Notes under the pieces: model-generated | The model's input: the letters and a program-made list of their open reading frames with translations, nothing else | What the model was told of the DNA's origin: nothing | The model's database searches: none | Program-made: the position numbers and the translations under genes | Shown: in pieces, positions 57,701-64,000 of the stretch | How the letters are laid out: each line of letters begins with the position of its first letter | Position numbering within the stretch: position 1 is the first letter of the stretch | Origin: an uncultured Candidatus Cloacimonadota bacterium | GTDB lineage: Bacteria > Cloacimonadota > Cloacimonadia > JGIOTU-2 | Direction of reading: 5' to 3' | Assembly (NCBI GenBank): GCA_964398885.1 | Contig: CAYNOU010000001.1 | Span: 221 to 64,220 of the forward strand | Length of the DNA: 64,000 nt

Positions 57701-58114
57701 TTCAAGAAAAACAGCACCACCCGAACTCTCAGCTCCAGTTGCCCTACCGTATTCTAATATGCAATAAGCTAAGCTTGAACCTTCCTGCCCGTTTATATTG
57801 GTGTCATAGAATCTAAGTCCATACCAACCGGTTGTAGTATCCTGTGCAGTAAAAGTAATAAGACTATCAGCATTACCGTCTGCAATTAACCTGCCATATA
57901 CAATGAACTTATAGTGACCAGAGAATTGAACAATTACTCCTGGTTCAATTGATAAAGTACTATCAGATGGAATTGTTATTTCACCATTAATAATATATGG
58001 ACTGCCTGCAAAGGTCCATATTCCGCTGACATTGCCACCGGGAATATTTGTGTCAGCGATTGTAATTGAGGCTGTAAGTAATACACCAAATAAGATAATA
58101 ACTATCTTTTTCAT
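54776..58114 (-). CDS. Large surface protein: right-handed beta-helix + three CarboxypepD_reg-like domains + two copies of the uncharacterised domain + T9SS CTD
   Basis: N-terminal repeats such as 'GGGIYMLNSNPNIT' and 'GGGIFCYTSNPELT' are beta-helix/Pmp-like. 'GTVTLYDGIGNVQDVDVTA...GDYQIEILSGTYDVIASLDHY' is carboxypeptidase-regulatory-like and occurs three times. The CTD is 'NPFYNSTSIKYQIP...ISIYNILGQKV...GIYFYKL'. Confidence 0.75.
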   Translation of the reverse strand: MKKIVIILFGVLLTASITIADTNIPGGNVSGIWTFAGSPYIINGEITIPSDSTLSIEPGVIVQFSGHYKFIVYGRLIADGNADSLITFTAQDTTTGWYGLRFYDTNINGQEGSSLAYCILEYGRATGAESSGGAVFLENSNETFENVTIMKNYAAGYGGGIYMLNSNPNITTVSVHDNTATYDGGGIFCYTSNPELTKVCIYNNNTSWNGGGIACFDNSNPTLINSTISKNLAYSGGSGIACLFNSDVTLLNSIVWDNGINGIYFDSGGTLTATYSDIENGTGQSYTDTTCVDSDPLFADPLNGDFHLTWVNIPTPDSTKSPCIDTGHPDPIYNDPDNTRNDIGAFYFVQTGIRGVVTLDGGYGNVQDVTVTATLLTPPNTITTVNPDGDGNYFLDVSSGTYDVTASLTGYNPSSYYSVNVANQIVILDFTLSPPPPGKIKGTVDINEGIGNILETEVSAGGITVHPYGVEDPYNPGIILYYEYEIEIAPGTYNVSAYLAGYSDSTITNVVVQSGLITENINFILQLIRYEGYIEGTVTLYDGIGNVQDVDVTADTVTVHPDVNGDYQIEILSGTYDVIASLDHYTSVTISDVEVVAEDTTRNVDMTLINWEVISGTQFVMIEYATVTYDGKFVKHIGSNQVAAFGPGGDCRGIAIWQEGNHPLWTNYWDLDGYWYLTIVSNNNSGEDISFKMYETQTDSIYDCVETITFADCTDNAISLNAPSPMHNQDFSLIEEWNWISFNLHPPDPSISTIFDTLTPNDIYQVKDQYNSTTYNGTSWGPGLSEITDGEGYLVYMNNAVDTFTVSGTAINPVTHPINLVPNWNWVGYYPYVSLTLSEALASISATVVKTQDKSAIYSGGWIGDLTQLEPGVTYKINVPDSSVLIYPLIENDKSEPLYKKNNDYNRAGWQLITGTQYNMIAMADIKINNETIGNSDKYIVGVFDNEGNCRSVGKKVYDFWYFTIVGNENGEELYFKVYDIVTEETFKSNEEIIFQNDAIIGSPEKAVIVTCNGSNSDIPEEYNLYNSHPNPFYNSTSIKYQIPERTKVDISIYNILGQKVKTLVNSTKEPDTYLVKWNGKDAKNNSLPSGIYFYKLTTDKYTEIQKLIKLK

Positions 58115-58156
58115 GGTTCCTCCTTATTTAATTTTTTCATAGTTTCTTATATTTTA

Positions 58157-60232
58157 TTATGGTGCGACTTGAATAATTTTTAATCCTTCGTTATCTGCTA
58201 AGTATACATAACTGCCAAACTTATAAATGGATACGGGTTCTGTTGACATTTCAAAATTCCCTAAGATATAGGGGGATAAAGGGTTTGAAACATCTATTAC
58301 AATCAAACCCCTATCTTTATCTGCTAAATATACATAATTATCTTGAGCATAAACACTATAGGCAAAACCATTTGTTGGACAATTGGCAACAAGAGTTGGA
58401 GAGTTTACATCAGAAATATCAATAATTTCTAATCCATTCTCACCATTTGCTAAGTATGCATAGTTTTCAAGTACATATACATCCTGTGATAGTCCATTAA
58501 TTGGTAAATTAGAGACAGATGTGGGATTTAATGGATCAGAAATGTCAATAATAGCAAGTCCTCCATTTAGACCATTGGCAACGAATGCATAATCACAATT
58601 GTTTTTAACAAACACTCTTCTTGCATCACCATTGGTTGAGATTTTTGCCCTAAAATGAGGGGGTCCAGATGTGATGATTATTGAAAGTCCAATTTCGCCA
58701 TCTGCAATATATGCATAATCTCCATAGACAAATACATCATTTGGAATGCCATCTTCACCTGTTCCGCAAGAACCAGTTATTATTGGTGCATAAATATTAC
58801 TAATATCTATAAGATTAAAACCTCCATTATGATTTGTAACATATGCATGATTATCCTGTACAAATACAGAAAGCGTTCGGTCTGTTAAACTTAATGTAGT
58901 AATTCCAGTAGGAGAGCTTGGATTTGAACAATCAATTATGGCTAAACCAGCAAATTTTGTTGAAATAAATGCATTATAATTAGAAACAAAAACTTCAGTT
59001 GGGTCGCCAGAAGTAGAAACACTACTTACTAACCCTAACAATATATTTATGCATTCTTCATCAGAATAAGCAGAATATTCTGTTTCATAATATGCTCGTA
59101 CACGATAAGAAAATGTTCCACAAGGTTGTTCAATATCATCTATAAAAGAAGTAGCATTAGTTGCTACAGAATCATACTCTGTAATCCAATCCAATTCACC
59201 AATTTTTTTATCAATATAAAATCCTTGTTCTCCCTGGCTATTATCATCCCACATAATTTTGATTTTACTTGGATCTGGTTTCTGTAATGTAAGATTTGAT
59301 GGTGCAGGAAAGATATTATCAATCTCATCGGTTTCAATAAAGCCAGAATAGTGGTTCTGTCCATAAGCATAGACTCTATATTTTATATTTTGATTAATAT
59401 CAGCATTTTCATCTATCCATTGCGTAGCATTTTCTGCAGTCGTTCCATAGGAGGATTGCCAATTCCCATCGTTAACTTTTTTATCTATTTTAAAACCTTC
59501 CTCTCCATCTGAGTTGTCAGTCCAATTAAGTTGAATCTTGTTTATTGCGAGTATGCTGTATGTTAAGTTTGATGGGCTTGGAAAAGTAGGAGTTATTGAA
59601 TTTTCAGCTGAAACTGATTTTGATTCTCCAACAAAGGCAGAAACTCTGTAATATATTGTATCAAAAAGTGTTGTAGTATCAAGAAAGTTGTTTACATTTG
59701 CTGTAAGCTTTTTGTAGCTATTATTCCATGAACCGTTACCAATCTTTTTATCAATGAGATATCCATCTTCGCCGACGCACCTATCATTCCAGGTTATTTT
59801 AATTGTATCTTGAGATATTTGCTCAATAACAATATTTGATGGTGTAGTATTATCAGAAAAATAAGCGACAACTTCAGAGAAATATGAGGAAGTACCTTCT
59901 GATATATTATCAGCTTTTACCTTATAAGCATAAACTAAACTGTCATTAGTTAGAATATCATCTTTAAATAAATGAGATTCATCGGAAATGACTTCATAAT
60001 TTTCATTCCAGTTACCTTCACCAGCTTTTCTGGCAATAACAAATTGGATAGTATCATTTGTGTTAAAGTAATTCCAGGTTAGTTTTATTCTGCCATCTGC
60101 AATTTTCTCAATTTTCAAATCAGTTGGAGCTTCTTTACTAGGAGCTGTTAGTTTTCCACAACTTATAATATAAAGTAGTATGATAATTAAAGAAAAGAAA
60201 GATAAAATATATTTTTTATTTTTTATTTTCAT
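58157..60232 (-). CDS. Lipoprotein with four Fn3-like domains and seven LVIVD repeats (no T9SS CTD)
   Basis: I prefer the start at 60232 ('MKIKNKKYILSFFSLIIILLYIISCGK', with a lipobox); it overlaps the secretin gene end by 17 nt. Fn3-like units include 'PSNLTYSILAINKIQLNWTDNSDGEEGFKIDKK'. LVIVD units include 'DVYVLENYAYLANGENGLEIIDISDVNSP'. Confidence 0.75.
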   Translation of the reverse strand: MKIKNKKYILSFFSLIIILLYIISCGKLTAPSKEAPTDLKIEKIADGRIKLTWNYFNTNDTIQFVIARKAGEGNWNENYEVISDESHLFKDDILTNDSLVYAYKVKADNISEGTSSYFSEVVAYFSDNTTPSNIVIEQISQDTIKITWNDRCVGEDGYLIDKKIGNGSWNNSYKKLTANVNNFLDTTTLFDTIYYRVSAFVGESKSVSAENSITPTFPSPSNLTYSILAINKIQLNWTDNSDGEEGFKIDKKVNDGNWQSSYGTTAENATQWIDENADINQNIKYRVYAYGQNHYSGFIETDEIDNIFPAPSNLTLQKPDPSKIKIMWDDNSQGEQGFYIDKKIGELDWITEYDSVATNATSFIDDIEQPCGTFSYRVRAYYETEYSAYSDEECINILLGLVSSVSTSGDPTEVFVSNYNAFISTKFAGLAIIDCSNPSSPTGITTLSLTDRTLSVFVQDNHAYVTNHNGGFNLIDISNIYAPIITGSCGTGEDGIPNDVFVYGDYAYIADGEIGLSIIITSGPPHFRAKISTNGDARRVFVKNNCDYAFVANGLNGGLAIIDISDPLNPTSVSNLPINGLSQDVYVLENYAYLANGENGLEIIDISDVNSPTLVANCPTNGFAYSVYAQDNYVYLADKDRGLIVIDVSNPLSPYILGNFEMSTEPVSIYKFGSYVYLADNEGLKIIQVAP

Positions 60233-61415
60233 TTTTTCCTTTTTTATTCTCAATAAATAGTGTATCAATATTAGTTGAATTTTCTCTAAATTCTTCTATC
60301 TTTTCTTTAGTAGAGATAAGTTCTTTTTTTCTCTTATCAAGAGATTTTGCAATTTCAGCCTTTAATATGATAATCATTTCACGAATATTTTTTTCTTTCT
60401 TATTATAACCTGTGAGATAGCGTATTCCGAAGACCCACCATGGTAGGTCTTTTAGAAGTGGAATTCCAGTACGAACTATTGTAACTTCCGTATCATATAG
60501 ACCACCCATCACAGTTTCCTCGCCATCAAATAGTAAAACATCTGTTTCTGATTGACTTGTATGGATAATCGTGCTAATTTCTCCAGGAACTGCTGAACTC
60601 TTTTCAATTTTTGCTTTAAGATGAATAGCTTCTTTCCCATCCTCTTCTATAACGGTTGGTGTAACATCCATAATAACACCTGTTTTAAAGAATTTATCCG
60701 TAATATTTCCAGCTTCATCTGTTTGTTTGACAGAGAAATCATCACCAACTTGAATCTTTCCTGTTTTTCCAGATAAAACGCAAACAGAGGGTCTTGCGAT
60801 AACCGTCCCCTTTTGATTACTTTCAATTATTCGTAAAAGAGCATTAATATCAATAGTTATATCACCTGATTCAAGTCTTGTAGAACCTGTAGCCTGTAAT
60901 AGTTCAGAACCAACCATACTTCCGGCCTTAAAATCAATTGAGGCAACAACCTTATTGTTGAATAGTGTTGACCAGTCAATGCCAATACTGTTTAAGAATG
61001 ATTTATCAGCTTTAAATAGTATTGCACTGATTTTCACCTGTTTGCTATCAATTGAAATTTCTGGTTTTTCTTCTTTTATAACTTCTTCCTCTACTATTAA
61101 ATCTTTAATTAAATATGCACCTGGTAGTTCTTCAAGAACGAGATTATGATAACTAACAATAATATTGAGAGCTTCCTTCCAATATAATTTTTTAATTGGA
61201 ATTCCAATTGGTTTTGTTACGCTACTCATATTAATGATTTTTTTACCTTCAAACTGTTGAGACATAACCTCAAGAGTTTTCAAAGCATCTGGAATAGATA
61301 GAGTTTGAGAAATAGTTATTAATTCTTTTTCACTATAATTTTTACCTATCTGGCGCTGAGCAAATAAGTTAAAATATACAAAAAATATGATTAAAATTAT
61401 AAGTATTTTTTTCAT
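60216..61415 (-). CDS. pilQ: Secretin (type IV pilus/T2SS family), short form
   Basis: The secretin core is 'GTVIARPSVCVLSGKTGKIQVGD...VIMDVTPTV...ETDVLLFDGEETVMGGL...TGIPLLKDLPWWVFGIRYL'. At 399 aa it has room for only one or two N domains. Confidence 0.8.
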   Translation of the reverse strand: MKKILIILIIFFVYFNLFAQRQIGKNYSEKELITISQTLSIPDALKTLEVMSQQFEGKKIINMSSVTKPIGIPIKKLYWKEALNIIVSYHNLVLEELPGAYLIKDLIVEEEVIKEEKPEISIDSKQVKISAILFKADKSFLNSIGIDWSTLFNNKVVASIDFKAGSMVGSELLQATGSTRLESGDITIDINALLRIIESNQKGTVIARPSVCVLSGKTGKIQVGDDFSVKQTDEAGNITDKFFKTGVIMDVTPTVIEEDGKEAIHLKAKIEKSSAVPGEISTIIHTSQSETDVLLFDGEETVMGGLYDTEVTIVRTGIPLLKDLPWWVFGIRYLTGYNKKEKNIREMIIILKAEIAKSLDKRKKELISTKEKIEEFRENSTNIDTLFIENKKGKNENKK

Positions 61416-62284
61416 AAGTTATCCCCATTCATATATATTATTTCCTCTTCACGAATACCAATTCTATTTATCATAAAAACTGCTGCCTGTTTATACCAAT
61501 TAATGTTATCTAAATATCCATAAGCAACCTTTTCACCGGGCGTTAAGGTATGAATCCTTCCTTTATCATCACGCAAAAAAGCTTTATACGGAGTTAATCC
61601 AATTATCGTTGATGTATATATATTTAGAAATTTAAGCTCATATTCATCAGATATAGGGGCATGGATTCTTGAATAAAATGGATTATATCTAAGATTTGTA
61701 AACTTAAAATTTCTAAATGGTATGTTTTTTAGTTCAGTCCCATCCTCATTAAAATATGCATTCAGTGTAATTGTAAAGCTTACTGTATCAGCTTTAGCTA
61801 CAGATTGTTCAGCAATTTTAATAGATTCAATTGTATAAAGAGGGGATTGATACTCAATTTGAAATACAAAAAAATAAAGAGATTTTATATCAGCATTACC
61901 AGAAATCGTGTATGTATTAAAAGAAAATTCTTTAACCTTTCCAGACTTTGAAATCTGAAAATTAAAACTTACATCAGGGCAGAAATTATCCGCAATATCA
62001 ACTAAATATTGGTATGTAAGAGTTGGAGTGTCTTCTCTTAGTATAAGTTTACTGTTTTCAAGAACTTCTTTTTTCATATCCTCAAGAGATTGCATAACCT
62101 TTTCTTCATTTTCCAAATCTGGATTTGCCTTTTTGAGTCCTTCAAGCATCTCTGAGTTTTCTTTGTTTGCCTTTTTCATTTTTTCTAATCTTCTAACAGA
62201 ATTTGCGTTAGCCAAGATAGTGCCAATTATTACAATTAACAATAAAACAACTAAAACAATTGTATTTCTAACCGTATATGGCAT
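61412..62284 (-). CDS. PilO-like protein with PilP-like C-terminal extension
   Basis: An N-terminal TM helix is followed by a coiled coil and an alpha/beta domain ('YTISGNADIKSLYFFVFQIE'). The C-terminal 'IGLTPYKAFLRDDKGRIHTLTPGEKVAYGYLDNI' is PilP-like. The gene has a 4-nt overlap with the secretin start. Confidence 0.5.
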   Translation of the reverse strand: MPYTVRNTIVLVVLLLIVIIGTILANANSVRRLEKMKKANKENSEMLEGLKKANPDLENEEKVMQSLEDMKKEVLENSKLILREDTPTLTYQYLVDIADNFCPDVSFNFQISKSGKVKEFSFNTYTISGNADIKSLYFFVFQIEYQSPLYTIESIKIAEQSVAKADTVSFTITLNAYFNEDGTELKNIPFRNFKFTNLRYNPFYSRIHAPISDEYELKFLNIYTSTIIGLTPYKAFLRDDKGRIHTLTPGEKVAYGYLDNINWYKQAAVFMINRIGIREEEIIYMNGDNL

Positions 62285-62289
62285 ATTAT

Positions 62290-64000
62290 CTATTTCCCAA
62301 AAACATTTATTTTATATTGAGCGATTTTTGCTAATTTATTATTTGGGTAATCGGTTACTAATTTATTCCAATAATAAATTGCACTATTAATGTCAGTTAG
62401 TCTTTGGCAAGAGTTCCCAAGCATAATAAGAGCATCGGATGTTTTAGTTCCCTTTAGTTTAATTATTTTTTCAAATATAGATTTTGCCTGGTTAATTTTA
62501 TCTAATCTGTACAAGCATTCTCCAATAAGATAACTGGCATTATATGCGAGAGGATGGGTTGGATAATTTTCAATAAACTTATTTAACTCTTTATATGCTT
62601 TTTCAATATTTCCAGAAAAATATGTTTCTACGATACTATGATAAATCTCTGAAATATTTTCATCATATTCTATTTTTTCTATCCAATAACTGTTAATAAA
62701 AGGAAATTGTTCCTTTATTTTTTCTCCCATTGCAACAGCTTCGGACTTTGTATATGTACTATCCAGCCGTAAGCGATAGAAAATTTCCCCGTCTTTTTTA
62801 ACCGAAGAAACTTTTGTTTTATATCCATATTGTTCTATTTTGCTCTTTGCTTCTTCAACTTTTGAAAGGTTTTTTCTTGATACTAATTGTAATTCAAATA
62901 CATTTTTTTCATTATCTTTTTTATAAGAAGCATATTCATTTTGTGATATTTTAGATACTGATTTTTCTATAATTTTGTTTATAGCCGCTTCAGGCACTCT
63001 TTCCATTTCTTCTTTATTAATATCCTTAGTTTTAGAAAAAGTATTAATTTTATTTTGAGCGATTTTTGCTAATTTATTATTTGGGTAATCGGTTACTAAT
63101 TTATTCCAATAATAAATTGCACTATTAATGTCACTTAGTCTTTGGCAAGAGTTCCCAAGCATAATAAGAGCATCAGGTGTTTTTATTCCACTTTGTTTAA
63201 GAATATTTTCAAAGATATCTTTCGCGTCTGAAATTTTTCCCATCGTGTAAAGACATTCCCCCATAAGATAATTAGCATTATAAGAATATTTACACTCAGG
63301 ATATTCTAAAACAAATTCTTTAAACCTTTCGTATGCCTCTTTTGAATTACTTGCAAAATATAATTTTGTAATAGAGTTATAAATTTTTAATTTGTCTTTT
63401 TCAGAAGCTTCTTTATAAATCTCAGGTTCAAGTGGTTCTTCAGTTATTGGTTCTGATGGTTTTTCCATCACTTCAGCTATGTGAATTTTAGATAAACTTT
63501 CTTCTTTTTCTTCTTTAATATCTTTTGGATTAGGATATGAAAAAGTCATATCATATTTCCAGATTGGTAAATCTTGAATGGAATGTTCTGTAATTCTTTC
63601 AATTCTGCCATCAGGAAATAGTTTTGAAAACCCGATAATATTCCGTTTTTTCGTTGTATATCCTGAAATTTGAAAGTTATTTTCTGAGCTTTTCAAATTA
63701 GTTATCCAACTTATTTTATTTTCTAAGAATGAATTTGCTATAACATTTAGGATATAATGCCACTGATTTTTGTTTCCTGTTAATTTCTCTATTTTTTTAA
63801 CATTTGCTTCCAGAATAGCAAGTTCTTTTTTTACTTTATCAAGCTTAGCAATTATAACCTTATGCTTTTTTAGTTCAACTTCCAGATTTATATTCACTTT
63901 TCCCGCATCTAAGACCTCTTGCTTCAGGTTCATATTTCTGATAGTGCCGATTAAAGCAAAATAGAATATTCCAGCTAAAACAAAAAATCCATGCCATGCT
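62290..64000 (-). CDS. 5'-truncated PilN-like protein fused to TPR - SPOR - TPR modules
   Basis: The frame stays open upstream of the ATG at 63933 to the window edge ('AWHGFFVLAGIFYFALIGTIRN' is a TM helix). The coiled coil 'KLDKVKKELAILEANVKKIEKL' is PilN-like. There are two YbgF-like TPR modules, and a SPOR-like 'FELQLVSRKNLSKVEEAKSKIEQYGYKTKV...YRLRLDS' lies between them. Confidence 0.6.
   Translation of the reverse strand, partial: AWHGFFVLAGIFYFALIGTIRNMNLKQEVLDAGKVNINLEVELKKHKVIIAKLDKVKKELAILEANVKKIEKLTGNKNQWHYILNVIANSFLENKISWITNLKSSENNFQISGYTTKKRNIIGFSKLFPDGRIERITEHSIQDLPIWKYDMTFSYPNPKDIKEEKEESLSKIHIAEVMEKPSEPITEEPLEPEIYKEASEKDKLKIYNSITKLYFASNSKEAYERFKEFVLEYPECKYSYNANYLMGECLYTMGKISDAKDIFENILKQSGIKTPDALIMLGNSCQRLSDINSAIYYWNKLVTDYPNNKLAKIAQNKINTFSKTKDINKEEMERVPEAAINKIIEKSVSKISQNEYASYKKDNEKNVFELQLVSRKNLSKVEEAKSKIEQYGYKTKVSSVKKDGEIFYRLRLDSTYTKSEAVAMGEKIKEQFPFINSYWIEKIEYDENISEIYHSIVETYFSGNIEKAYKELNKFIENYPTHPLAYNASYLIGECLYRLDKINQAKSIFEKIIKLKGTKTSDALIMLGNSCQRLTDINSAIYYWNKLVTDYPNNKLAKIAQYKINVFGK
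62317..62436. repeat. 120-bp near-identical intragenic direct repeat, copy 1
   Basis: It matches 63055-63174 (offset 738 nt) with 1 mismatch by eye. It encodes 'ALIMLGNSCQRL(T/S)DINSAIYYWNKLVTDYPNNKLAKIAQ'. Confidence 0.85.
63055..63174. repeat. 120-bp near-identical intragenic direct repeat, copy 2
   Basis: See the partner feature at 62317-62436. Confidence 0.85.

Noticed and set aside
1-64000. tRNA, rRNA, tmRNA, RNase P or transposase/integrase genes
   Set aside because: A scan of all spacers longer than 80 bp showed no cloverleaf-compatible sequence or recognisable RNA gene core. No ORF has transposase, integrase or reverse-transcriptase motifs. Absence was judged by eye only.

Overview
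Visibly AT-rich bacterial chromosomal segment with about 55 protein-coding genes. I saw no rRNA, tRNA or CRISPR array by eye. All genes from 1 to 33.7 kb are on the + strand and all genes from 33.9 to 64 kb are on the - strand, giving one convergent switch. The left arm holds two tandem MNT/HEPN toxin-antitoxin pairs, a RelE-type TA pair and FadL/PorV-like outer-membrane barrels. It also holds a large ComEA-like HhH/beta-barrel protein, a type II R-M locus with two non-m5C methyltransferases, a 5'-nucleotidase and an M48/TerB protein. Further along are ptb, an IMPDH/GMP-reductase family gene, three orphan solute-binding proteins, a GPP34 homolog, a dCache-HAMP-SpoIIE phosphatase, a cupin and an RsbW-like/GNAT fusion. 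The arm ends with lemA, lpxK, DUF47+PiT, tatD, a 56-aa ferredoxin missing from the ORF track, and an MltD-like LysM transglycosylase. The right arm holds two clusters of surface proteins with T9SS-type C-terminal domains (LVIVD-like, Reg_prop propeller, beta-helix). It also holds mutS, a TPR-SPOR protein, rho, tsaB, truA, a histidine/aromatic ammonia-lyase, and a secretin operon (PilN-like TPR-SPOR-TPR fusion, PilO/PilP-like fusion, short secretin) that runs into an Fn3/LVIVD lipoprotein. T9SS-type sorting domains together with SD-type RBSs and fermentation genes suggest an FCB-group, possibly Cloacimonadota-like, anaerobe; this is inference only. The most unusual signal is a dense family of short palindromic 'word' modules, such as CCCGAT-N-ATCGGG, TCCCCGCG-NN-CGCGGGGA, CTCGGC-N-GCCGAG, GTCATGG..CCATGAC and GACACCAT..ATGGTGTC. 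These modules fill almost every intergenic spacer as nested mosaics. They occur as larger composite repeats in either orientation. One cassette is flanked by an 80-bp duplication of a gene's 3' end. The same stems appear in frame inside coding sequence, in three T9SS C-terminal domains and one membrane protein. All comparisons were made by eye; no alignments, folding or database searches were run.
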